From assembly GCA_000004985.1 (NCBI GenBank), contig GG738848.1: a stretch of 64,000 nucleotides of DNA. One strand, given 5' to 3'. The notes under the pieces were generated by a model that saw nothing but the letters and a program-made list of their open reading frames with translations, was not told the origin of the DNA and searched no databases. A program made the translations under genes and the position numbers. Source of the stretch: Naegleria gruberi. Taxonomy: Eukaryota. Below, in pieces: positions 34,974 through 47,598 of this stretch. Positions within the stretch are counted from its first letter, which is position 1; every line of letters starts with the position of its first letter.

Positions 34974-37900
34974 CTAGAGTCGTAATGAATCTTCATCATC
35001 GACTCGTTCTGCATTTTCAGAATGTTCTGAGGGTTCTGATTCGAGCATTCCCATTTCCATTCTCATGTTTTTCACGAGCATTGTTTCATCTTCTTCATTG
35101 AGGCGTGCTCTCAAGTGGTACATGTCATTGAGTAGGTAACCAAGCATGGATCCTTTTCCTTTAACTTCAAGCTTTCGTTCCTCAAATTCCATTTGTAAAT
35201 GTTTAACTCTTTCGTAGGTTGATTGTGATACTTGAATTCTTCCCTCCTCTGAATTTGATTCCATTCTTGAAGCAACATTGATGGTATCTCCCCATAGATC
35301 GAATGCAAACTTTTTGAAACCAATTACACCACCAACAACTTGACCAGTATTGATACCAATTCTGATTCATAATTGAAATTAATGAACAGTAATAAGAAAA
35401 CTAATAATTATTAACAAACTACTTACCTAACATTCAATTGTTGAGTAGAAATTGGTTTTGGATCATCTCTGCAAAATATTTGAAGAGCTTCTTTGTATCG
35501 ATTTGTGTTAATGTCTCTCACCACTGAGAAAGTTTCCATAGCAAATTGGAGAACAACTTCTGGGTGAGTCACTCCTCCATCCAATCCACCACAACAAAAG
35601 TAAGAATCACCTATAGTTTTGATCTTTTCTATATTGTACTTTTCAGTCAACTTATCAAATCCGTTCACAACATTTCCAAGTAACAAGACAACGTCTTGAG
35701 GGTTGAGAATAGAAGAAATTTCTGTAAATCCAATCATGTCCGTAAATAAACAAGTAATGTCAGGAAGCTTCTCTGCAATAAATGTTTCTCCCTAGTATTA
35801 TTATTATTATTATTAAATATTGAAAAACTAGTATAACAACTTACATTCATCAATCTTTGGGCAATCTTGGTTGGGAGAATATTTCTCAATAAATTTTCAG
35901 AAGTCTTTTTTTCTTCAGCAAGTGCAATTGCTTGCTTTCTCTCAAGTGTTATATCCTTAATGATAAATAAAAAAAAAACTTTCGAATCAATCATGGCCCA
36001 CGATATATTCACTTTGGCTGGAAAACATGATCCATTCTTCTTCACACAATCCAATTCTAAAGTTTCTCCTCTGATTGTAGTACTGGCTGTTATAGAAGTC
36101 ATGGCTTCAAAGATATTGCCAAGCTTTTCCTGACTTGCCGTATCAAATAAATTGAAAACAGACAAACCAACAACGTCATTGACATTTCTCAAGAATAAAA
36201 GTCTTGCTGCAGGGTTGTAAATCTCAATATCAAAATCACTGTTGCAGTACAACACTCCATCTACTGCAGTGTTGAAAATACTCTTTACCTTATCCTTTTC
36301 TTCTTCTTTTTGTTGTTGACTGCTCTTATTCTTCTTACTCTTATTTATCTGATTGTAGAGAACGAAGTCACGAATTTCATCTTTGGCATCCAAATATTCA
36401 ACTTTAACATAGTTCAACATCATTCTCAAAGTTTGAAATTCATTAAAGTGAGCATCAAGTGATAGGAACAATAAATATGCAGTGAATGGAATTGTTAGTA
36501 AACCAAGAACTCCAAATATAATGCTAACCAGAGACGACGTATTGTTTTGAAGTGCCTCAATATAAATATTCAAAAATATTTCAATATCATCAGTAAGCTG
36601 GCTACAAATTGAGTATATTCCTGTGTAAAATTCACTAAATGTTTTGAGAGGGTCTACTGTAGTTGTTCCAAATACTTGATTAACTATTGACAACTCAACC
36701 AAGAACAAATTCACCATATCATTCAAACTGGAACAGGCTGCATGAGAAGTTGAGGTTCTATTGGAGCAGTTTCCAGTACCGCTTATAATTTCATCAACCT
36801 CAGAAAACATGCCTATGAGTGGTTTTTCACCATTTTCCTTGTCTCCATATATCAGCTTGTTCCACAACACATTCAAATTCAACCCAATCTCACCAATGCC
36901 ATCGTGCAGTTTTACAAGATCTGCATTGGAAAGTAGTGCAGGGTTGTTTGCAGTGGTATTCGGAAGTAACTTGAATGTTATCAATTCCCCAATACTAAAC
37001 ACTCCTTTCTGTGCATAATTTGAAATTTTTACAGACTTGGCAATACTCTTCATAATTAATTCTGATTCTGAAGAAGTGCTGAAAGCCTCCAGGTAAAAAA
37101 TAGATACACAGAGTGCGGATAAAGCTATCAATAATATAGAGAGGAATGTGAAAGTATAGGATGGATTGCTAAGGTAATCAGATATTGAGCTGCCACTGTC
37201 GACTGATTCTTGATTTTTGGTTGTCAATTGTTGGTAGAGTTTGATAATAACATCTTTTGGAATGTTCCTCTCCACCAGTTTGATTGCTTGTTTAAGTGAA
37301 CGCACAACTACGAAAAACATAACAATAGAAAATGCAAACACCATTAACATTGCAATCAGGCAAGATATGTAGAAATATCTAAATATCAATTCCGTTTCAT
37401 AAACAGTGGCATAATTTCTATCAACAATGTGTAAGCAGTATTGTTGGTAATTTTGAAGAATGGTATCTCTATTGAGCCACAAGTACATGAACTTAAAGTT
37501 GGTAACTGTGGCATTAAACTCTTCAAGACCGTACTTTTTGAATTCTCTTGCTATTTGAATTAGAAGATTAGTGTTGAGGGCAATTGAGGAATTAGATACA
37601 TCTACACCAGTAAATTCGTCATTATTAGTATCTAAAATATGTGGAATGTTAAACGTATGGCTGTCTGAAGAATAATCATGGAAAATATCATTAGTAAAGG
37701 AGCCATCAAGAGCCATTTCCTCTAAAACTTTGAGACCGTGAATAACTTTGTCCAATCTTTCCTTGTGAATATGGTTGTAGCTAGTGTAGTTGTAAATTCC
37801 TTTTGCTTCCAAAGATAAAGTACTAAGTTTTGTGTTGCCATCAATAGTTGCCAAGACTTGAAACATTTGCTCTATTCTATTTTCAATCAATAAATATGAA

Positions 37901-40242
37901 ATATCAACACTAGGAAGACAATTAGCAATAATTGTAGGCATATCTTTTGTGGAAGCCACAAGAGCATAATATCCAAATCCAAAACAAGCAACAAATGTTA
38001 AAAAAGAAACTACTACAAATATCAGTACCACTATATACGTTGCCTTGTTATCCCCTGAGGTAGCCAAGGCCATTCTGAACAGACCCTCCTTCCTTACTTC
38101 TGGATCTTCTGAAGCTTCATTAATCAAGTTCAATATTTCAGGAGTCTCTTCCGTCATTTCTTTTGTGGTAGAGTTTTCTGCAGTAAGTTTGTTAGTGCTC
38201 TCCATGACAGACTTTCTAAATGATATGAGTTTTGATGCTGTTGACATGGAAGACAAGGGGCTTTTGGCATTAGAGGGAACAGTTGATGCTGGGCTTTTCA
38301 CTGGTGATGAGATGGTTCCTATTACTTTTCCTTCCTTCCTTTCTTCTTCATCTTCAATCTCATTGGCTTCTTGATACAACTCTTGAGCTCTGATATTGTT
38401 AAATATTACCAGTTCAAGAAATCGTGCATATAATCTTAGAACTGATTTATCGCCACCAAAATCTTTCATCAAATTCTCAAAGGTTATTTCTGACTCAACA
38501 GTTAGTTGGGTAATTCTTCTGTTGATTGTAATAACAGTACCAAAATTGACCATTTCATTGGTCATTTCCTTCCAAAGCGCTTTGTGCCAAGATAGGATTG
38601 TATGGTGTTGTCTTTCCAAGTTGGCTAAAATATGCTTCACATCCACAAAACTAATACCAGAACCTTCACCTGATTTTTTGTGCAGTAAGGTTTCCATTTC
38701 TTTCAATTTTTCTTTCAAAATAAATTCTGTTATAATATTGAGTTTGTGTCTCTTGATTTTCTTCAATAAAGCGAGAGAATATTCATAACAGTTGGTGCCT
38801 TCATTCCAGAAATAAGCGGTTGTCATTGCTGCAGCAACGATATTTTCAGGATAGGAGAAGGAACGATGTTGAGCCACTCCTTTGATGAATGAGATGCAAA
38901 TCTCATTGTCACTTAGACCCAAAGCATCATTTAAAAGTTTCGTCTTTCTACTTGATAATCTAAAGAAAATGTATAATTGTCTAATTCTTTTTTGATCTTC
39001 CAATTCCTTGAAGAAAGAGTAACTTTCTCTTTCAAATAAATGCCTCAATTCTGATATTTGTTCCTCGCTGGCAGTATATTCGACTCCATTTTCCAAAAGT
39101 TTTACCAATGAATTCTCCAAGCAACCAATGAAACCCCTCCTTATGGAATAATATGATACACCAAGATAAATGGTCATTGCTGCAAAACCAATAAAAAATC
39201 CAATTATTGCCAGTCCAATTGATGTACTAATCATTCCTAGTCCAATTTCTAAATCTTGTTTTTGATTAATGAAAGAGGAAATGAGAGGACCTAAACTTGT
39301 ACCAATTTTAGAAAAGACAATACCACTCATAAAACCATTCTCTGATAGAGAATAGTGAGGTATGAGGAAGAAAATAGATGGAACCAAAGTTGTAGAGAGA
39401 ACAATATGAACTATAGCCCTCACAAATACCATATCATTTGGAATAGCATACATGACAATTACTTGCAACTGAGATGTTGCCATAAAGTGAGCAATAAAGA
39501 ATGGACTCTCTGAAATGAATACAGATTTGCTTTTGAGATGGGTATTTGTAATGATGAGATTATACATTGCAGTTACTGGTACCAGTACAACTGCCATAAC
39601 AATACAAGTAACCAAAAGTGCAATATTAGTTGGTGAGTAGCACATTTTGGTTGGAAATCTAGAAAGAGCATACTGATCTATTGTGTATCCTTCAAAGAAC
39701 TTCTTTCCTGACACTCTATCACAATCCACAAATGATGTCAGCAAGTACGGTATTGTAAGATGACCAAAAAAGCAAGCAAAAGCAACAATCTTCAACAAGG
39801 TTCTAAAGGTTTTCATATTCCTACTAGCTGTCATGGCTGCCTTTGCAGTTGTAATAAACAAAACCAAAGCAGCAAGAATAAACACCATACAAACAACTGT
39901 TATTGCAATCATTGCCTCATACGTAATCAAATCTAAGGAAAAAGTAATTGGATAATTCAAAGCTTTTGAAATCCATAATCCATATTCTCCCCATCCATAA
40001 TCACCCATTACTGATATGCTAACGGCTCCATAACATGAATATAATACAACGAGCAAGTTGAGGATGAAATTCTTCCATGATTTCTGAGGTGCTTTGTCAG
40101 TCATGACAATTATTCTATTCAGCAAGGCATCCTTAACTTTGACAATATTCTGTCTCCTCGATAAATAACCTGAAGATGAGGAGGAGCTACTAGAATTATG
40201 AGAAGAACTCTGATAATCGGAGTGATGCCTAAAGTCAATCAT
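34974..40242 (-). CDS. Polytopic membrane PAS-domain class III adenylyl cyclase, paralogue B (~1750 aa). Exons on the complement: 40242..35845, 35791..35427, 35361..34974
   Basis: Same architecture as paralogue A: N-terminal TM block, internal TM segments, a PAS domain (VDGVLYCNSDFDIEIYNPAARLLF...KKNGSCFPAKVNISWAMI), then the cyclase. The cyclase motifs are LFTDMIGFT, EKIKTIGDSYFCCGGL, IGINTGQVVGGVIG, KKFAFDLWG and DTINVASRMES. Introns are 53 and 65 nt with GTAAGT donors. It lacks the two micro-exons of copy A. Confidence 0.85.
35796..35815. repeat. (TTA)6 microsatellite inside intron 1 of cyclase paralogue B
   Basis: tattattattattattatta. Confidence 0.9.
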
Positions 40243-40730
40243 GATGTAATGGAGGCTTTTTTAAAGTTTTATGACTCTAGAGCAGATTTAACTAACCACC
40301 AATTAAACAACCAATCACTGGCCATCATCTTGTGAGCTTCTCTGTTTTTTAAGCAAGCTTGACATGAGTTGATGGCTGCTGTAAATTATTATTCCCGCTA
40401 TAAAATAAATATAAAATTAAACATCAAAAGTTGGAGATAATTAACAGCAGTACAATTGGAAGTTTGGTTGGCCAAAATGGTCAGGCACTAATTGTGGCAA
40501 AATTGTTCCGAACTGACTCTGTTTTTATATCGTTTTAACATTTTTTTTAATTATTTAATCATGGTATATTTAATATTTAATATTTTAATTTCAATAGATT
40601 GATTTATATTAAACCTTAAATCAATTAATCAATTACTTGTGTCTAATTACATAATTTAATGTTAAATTGAAAAAGCGAATCAACATCCACCTGTCTTACA
40701 TGTCACTAATCATAAAAACACACAAAAAAA

Positions 40731-43700
40731 ATGTCATCCTCAAATCTTGCTGAAACTGATGCAGCAGCAAGTGACACATCAAAATCATCGTCATTAACAT
40801 CTAACCTCCTTCCTCTCCTGGACCAACTTTCTCAATATGCCCTCGATCTCTCACAAAACAAAATCTTTACCACCTCACTCTGTGATTACATTCAAAGTGC
40901 CTCACAACAAGTTTTCCTCTATGAAAAACTTGTTCAAACCAATCCAGATAATCCCTTCATTGCAACAATGAATTATTCCGATGTTCAACGTGTAGCCGAT
41001 GCCCTTCATGAGGCTTGCATCTACTTGATGGAAGTTCTCGGCAAGGATCCACAATTCTCTCGAAAGGAAGACGCTCAAAACGATTACATGTTTGAGCGGG
41101 AAGATCGTGAACAAGTGGGAATGATGAAGGTGCGTACCTTAAATATCATTGAAACGACGCGAAAAGCCAATACCAACTCGCTCAACGAGGTGCAAAAGAG
41201 AAAAAATTTACAGGCGCAACAAGTCTTTCAATTCGATTTGCACGCTCGTTTGTATAACTCAAAGAATGGTGTTGTTCAACCTGAGGAATTGACCAATGAT
41301 TCGAGAACATTCCACACCATCGGAAATGAAAATAGTGGAGGAAGAGATTCATTGATGAAAAAATTGTTTCACGTCTTGAATAATCAAATTGCTCAACAGA
41401 AGGAACATCAGGCTCAACAACAAGCTTTGGCTGAGAAGGGAAAGGCTGTTATTAGTGCAGCTGATAGTTTGGCTAGAAATTCTGCTCAGAGATTAAAGGT
41501 TATTCTTGTGAATGGTGTTACTGGTGTTGGTAAAAGTAATTTCTGTAATACCATTTGTAGAGAATTATGTGATCAAAATCCTGATACCATTCAAAGAAAA
41601 TTCCATTTGAGATTGAGAGCAAATACTAAATTTTCTCTCACTGTAAGTTTTCAAAGATATTCACAAGTTTTAAATTTATTCTATTTCTAATAACTATTGT
41701 ACTTAACTGATAATGAACTGATTGGATAATTTATTGAATTGTAATAATACTATTTTGGAATTTTTCAAAAATTAGACAACAGAAGCCATGCAATATGTTG
41801 TTCAAACATGGCACGTTGGACCATTGCCAATTCATGAAAAACAACTTCGTGAATTGTATCAACAATCTTTTATTGGTGTGACAACAATTCTCTATTTGGA
41901 AGATCCAAGTAATATCCATCAAATTTTGGCTCTCTTACCAAATATTAAATATTCTCCATCCAGTCGTGCATTTGTTGTCATTAGTTCTAGATCACAATTG
42001 AAATTGGAATTTGATAGATTCTCAAAGGGTTATATTGACCTTGTAACTGACTCTGGTGTCAAACAAATTAGAGATAGAATTGTTGAGCTCGATACTGCCA
42101 ATACTGAAGGTAGTATTGCTGCTGATCAACATGATTTGGATAATTTTTCTGATCACGAATCTGACTTTGAAAGTGATGATGAAAGTAGTGGAGAAAGTGA
42201 TGAGGAAGAAAAGCCAACCAAAGCAGGTAAAAATGACAAGTATCACATTAAAAAGACTCCACAACAGAAAAAGATGGAAAAGGAACTCAAATCAATCTTT
42301 GGTAGTACCAAGAAGAAGACATTTGCCATTCACATTGGTATCAAGGATGACGATGAAAAAATTCCAGTCTTCCAAAGACACTTTGATGTTATTTATTGTA
42401 CATTGGAACCACTAAGTTTTGATGGAGGTGCTGAAATGATGCAACACCTCAACCCACAACTCCAAAGTGACGAGACAAGATCTGTCTCTGCTTTGGCTGA
42501 AAATTTACCAATATTTATCAAAGTTCTCACCAGATCTCAAATGCTCTATGGGGGTGACCTGTCTGATTACTCATTTGCTATTGGTTCATTCATGGATAAG
42601 TATGGCAACACTGATTTCCCACAATTGAGAAAACTTTGTCAAGGTTTCTTTATTGGTATCTGTGAAAAGTGGGACAAACAACTCAGAAATTTTGCACTCA
42701 AACTCTCAATCTTCCCATTCTCTTTTGATGCTGTCAGTGTTGGACTCGTATTGGAAACTCCTCTCAATGAAACATTACGCTACCTCCAATATTTGATCTT
42801 CTTTGGTTTGATTGTTCAGTGTGAACCTGGTAGATTTAGTATGCATGACTTGGTCAGAGATACCTTCCAAATTTACAAGGATGAAGAAATGAGCGATAGA
42901 GATCCACTTAAGAATGATATTGCCGAATGTGAGGAAAGATATGTCCAACACTATTTCAACTTGTTGAGATTATACAATATGCAACATGAATACTCTGGTA
43001 TTATTTACATGCCTGGTCCTGAAAGGTATGACATGGATATTGAAAATATGAAATATGTTGTTGAATTTTTGAAAGATTTGGGCAATACTGACTATGTTGA
43101 TGCTCTTAACACTGGTAGATATATTTTCAGAAATTCAATCTATGCTATTGATAGAGGTCGTCTCTACACATTCCTTGAGAGCAGTGCCGCAGTCGATAAA
43201 CTCCCTGATGATTTTGGAAAGGCCAACTTTTTCGAAGGTTTTGCCATGATTTACTTTGATTTGATGGATCACAAGAATGCCTACATTAAGGCAAAGAAGG
43301 CCCTCGATTTATTAGAGAATGCTTGTATTTTGAGTGATGTACCAAGTGACGAACTCAAACAATTACCAGTACTTCTTCTTGCTGGTGAAATTGCCTTTAG
43401 ACAAAATCAACAAGATATTGCTCTCAGATTCTTTGAAAAGATGGTTACTCTTGCCAATAAGTATGCTCACGACTGGCAAAAGATTACAGTGGAAAAGAGT
43501 AGTGATCCGTTTGCTATCGTACAAGGTTTTGAGGAAAATGAAGTAATTGTCAAGGATATTTTTATTGGAAAGTCTTATATTTGCCAAGCCAAGATTTACA
43601 TGCAAAGAGGTGATGTCAAGAATGGTAAAAAGTTCTTTGAAAGAGGTCTCACCATTATGCAACGTATTTACCATCGTTACCATCCATTTATCAGTGATGC

Positions 43701-45093
43701 TTTTGCTTCCTATGCTCAACTTCTTCGTGATTTCAAATCAAGTCAGTACTATGAAGACATTTGCAAGTACTATAAGGATGCTATTGAAATTGATACCAAG
43801 ATTTTTGGTGAAGATTCATTCTCTGTTTGTGAAAAGTTGGATGGCTATGCTGTTGCTCTCTTGATGCAAAACAATTACGAAGCTGCCGAACCAATTTTCC
43901 AAAAGACCCTCATTACTAGAAAGAGGTTCTTTGGTGAGAATGACATTACTGTCAGTTCAACCCATAACAACTTGGCTGTCTGTTTAAAGCACTTGAGAAA
44001 GGCCGATGAAGCCAAGATTCATTATGAAGCCTCTCTCAATATTTTGACTGACTTGTTTGGTCCAAATGACTCTAGAGTTGCTACTATCAAGACCAATGTT
44101 GCCAAACTAAAGTTGGAATTCTCAGAATCATATGAAGACGCTGAAAAGACTTTCCAAGAAGCTCTTGAAACATTGAAAGATGAGAATATCCATGAAAAGG
44201 GACGTCAAATGGCCAGTACATTGAACAGTTTGGGTGATGCTTCTCGTCAAAGGCAAGACTATACAAAGGCTCTCGAATACTATGAACAAGCTATGGCTAT
44301 ATTGGAAGAAGTTAAAAAGAAGGCCAATACTGAGAGTACTGAATATTCTGAAGTTATTTCTGAGAGTGTGAAAATTCTCCTCAGTATGTCCAACTTGCAC
44401 TACGACAAACAAGAGTACAAACAAGCTGAAGAATTATTGGAACGTGGTTTGGAAATTATTCAGAAACATCTTGGTGGCGAGAACCATCCTCTCTATCCAA
44501 ACTATCTCAGTTTGGCAGCCAATACCAAACTTAACAAGAAGGATTATTCAGGCGCTGAAGAATACTATCATAAGGTTATTGAAATGAAGATTAAGCAAAA
44601 GTTACCTCCAACAGGTATTATGCCAACAAATCAATCTTTGGCTGTCTGTTTGGATCGTCAAGGTAAATATGCTGAAGCTATTGAACAATACCAAAAGGTC
44701 TTGAACATTCTCAATGAAAGCTTTAAGGATGATTTGGATAAGCAAATCTCAGTCATTAGAGCTATTGCAAGTGCCAGTACAAAGAAGGAACCAAAGGATT
44801 TTGCTACTGCTGAAAAGTACTTTGCCGATGTTGAAAAGTTAATTGTTAAAAAGACTGGCTCTGACAATAATATTGAATATGGTGAAATTATGAGTGATTT
44901 GGGAGCTTGTAGAATTCAATTACAAAAGTATGAAGATGCCATTCTGAACTTTGCAACCTGTGAAAGAATCTTTTCTGAATTCTTTGGAGACAATCATGAC
45001 AAGACCATTACTGCCAGAGAAAATGTTCAAAACTTGAGAACTCTTATGCAACAACAAAACATCAAGCAAGGATGCCCATGTACATTAATGTAA
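40731..45093 (+). CDS. STAND-class P-loop NTPase (NB-ARC/NACHT-like) with a long C-terminal kinesin-light-chain-type TPR array. Exons 40731..41642 and 41776..45093, ~1410 aa
   Basis: Walker A ILVNGVTGVGKSNF lies at the end of exon 1. Phase-0 GTAAGT donor at 41643 and TTAG acceptor at 41775 (133-nt intron). Exon 2 carries a Walker-B-like TTILYLEDPS and then more than 12 TPR-like repeats (A..Y..AL.I......G..HP). An uncharacterised ~250-aa N-terminal domain precedes the P-loop. Confidence 0.75.
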
Positions 45094-45397
45094 ACATTAT
45101 TAATAATAATAAAATGACAATATTTTGAGATCCAAAAAAACTGTAGATGATTATGGAGGTGAAATATTTCACATTCATATCGCCGTTGATCTATTTCTTA
45201 CTACTCTCCAATGACGGCTACACGAGTAGTGAAAGCTTCAAAATAAACTGTTTTTTGTAATCTCTATCTCCTCAGCATCCAACAACAGTAACGACCAACA
45301 AGAGTGAAGATCCATATAGACAACGCGGAGTAGCTGTTAATACAGCGTTTTGATGTGAATGAACCAAACCCATTAGAAAAAACAACTTGAAAAAAAA

Positions 45398-47426
45398 ATG
45401 TTCAAGAAGATCAACACTCCACAACTCATCAACAAGACCGCTTCCACTGGTGCTCGTTTGTTCTCTACCAAGATGAACAAGCAAAGTGTCAAGAAGGTAC
45501 CAATGATCATCAATGGTGAAAAGAGAATTTCCCAATCCAAGGAATGGTACGAAATTCACAATCCAGCCACCAATGAAGTCATTGCTATGGTCCCACAATC
45601 AACTGATGCTGAAATGGCTGAAGCTGTTCAAAACTCAAAGCAAGCCTTTGGTGAATGGAGAGATTGGAGTGTTTCTCGTAGAGTTAGAGTCTTGTACAAA
45701 CTCAGACAAATGCTCGAAGATAATACTCAAGAATTGGCTCAAATGATCACTGAAGAACAAGGTAAAACTTTGAAGGATGCTGAAGGAGACATTTTCCGTG
45801 GTATTGAAGTTGTTGAACATGCCTGCAATATGTCTGTTCTCCAAATGGGTGATACTACTGAAAACATTGCCAAGCACATTGATATTTACAGTTATAAGCA
45901 ACCTTTGGGTGTTACTGCTGGTATTTGTCCATTCAACTTCCCGTAAGTGTTTTTATTCACCATGTGTTTTAATTCTTATTCTAATATCCAATGATGATGA
46001 TGATTTGTAAATTTTAAATTATTATAATTTAACGAATTGATGATGATCAAATATGCATTATGCAAACAATTAAAATGCATTATCAAATAATGATCTATCT
46101 GATGATGATCCTATTTCTATTTGGCTTGTTTGGTGATTCTTTCCCTTCATCATCATGACCAAATATATTTTCATCATGATGCTAACCGACAAAATATTGG
46201 ACCGATAATATTATCTCCTTGATGATTCACACTATTATCTATATTTGTGTATAATTATTATCCATCCAACAAACAATTATTTGTTGTTAAATAATAATAA
46301 TTTTAACACACACTTGTTGATCAACAACAAATTCACACAACAATCAATATCATCATCATCCTGCTTGTGAATACATAATAATAGAGCCATGATTCCATTG
46401 TGGATGTTCCCAATGGCTGTTGCTACTGGTAATACTATGGTTTTGAAGCCATCTGAACGTGACCCAACTACTGGTGTCAGAATTGTTGAAATGGCTTTGG
46501 AAGCTGGTTTGCCAAAGGGTGTTGTCAACGTTATTCATGGTAAGAAGCAAACTGTTGACTTTATCTGTGATGCTCCAGATATCAAGGCCATCTCATTCGT
46601 TGGTGGTAACACTGCTGGTGAATACATTTATGCTCGTGGTACTGGTAATGGTAAACGTGTCCAAGCTAACTTGGGTGCCAAGAATCATGCTGTCGTTTTG
46701 CCAGATGCTAGAAAGGAAGATACTATTAATGCCTTGTGTGGTGCTGCTTTTGGCGCTGCTGGTCAAAGATGTATGGCTTTAACTACTGCCATTTTGGTTG
46801 GTGAAGCTAAGGCATGGCTTCCAGAAATTGTTGCCAAGGCCAAGACTTATAAGGTTAATGTTGGTTCTGATCCAACTGCTGATGTTGGTCCATTGATTTC
46901 ACCTCAATCCAAGACTCGTGTTGAAAGCTTGATTGCTTCTGCTCAAAAGGAAGGTGCCAAGATTGATTTGGATGGTCGTGGTGTCGTTGTTAAGGGTTAT
47001 GAAACTGGTAACTTTGTTGGTCCAACCATCATTTCAGGTGTTAAGAATGTTCACACTTGTTATAAGGAAGAAATCTTTGGTCCAGTTATGCTCATCATGA
47101 CTGCTGAAAATTTGGATGAAGCTATTCAAATTATCAACTCTAATCCATACGGTAATGGTACTGCCATCTTTACTAGATCTGGTCCAGCTGCTCGTAAATT
47201 CCAATTCGAAGTTGATGCTGGTCAAATTGGTATTAACTTGCCAATTCCAGTTCCTCCACCATTCTTCTCATTCACTGGTTCAAGAGCTTCAATTAGAGGT
47301 GATTTGAACTTCTATGGTAAGGGTGCTGTTCAATTCTACACTCAAACTAAGACTATCATGTCTAACTGGAGAGAAGATGAAAGTGGTATGAGCTTTGGTA
47401 CTGTCATGCCAACTTATAAGAAGTAA
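45398..47426 (+). CDS. Methylmalonate-semialdehyde dehydrogenase (acylating), mitochondrial (ALDH6 family). Exons 45398..45942 and 46385..47426
   Basis: ICPFNFP|[27 protein letters not shown] spans the exon join. It is collinear with animal MMSDH, including the catalytic Cys in GQRCMAL and the Glu region. Phase-2 GTAAGT donor with a 442-nt intron. Mitochondrial presequence. Confidence 0.9.
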
Positions 47427-47517
47427 ATTAATGTAAATTAGAAAGAATGCGGATTATTTATTAAATTATATCAATTTCATTGTAATTATATTTTCAATTA
47501 TTTTGTTGGTCATCAAT

Positions 47518-47534
47518 GAGCCTTGTCCGAAAAC
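47518..47534. repeat. Left TIR of the Harbinger element
   Basis: GAGCCTTGTCCGAAAAC is the reverse complement of 49685-49701. Confidence 0.8.
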
Positions 47535-47598
47535 ACTATTTTCTCTAATTTTTTCGAAATAAACAACTTGCGATTCTTTTTGACTTTCGAAAAGTTTT

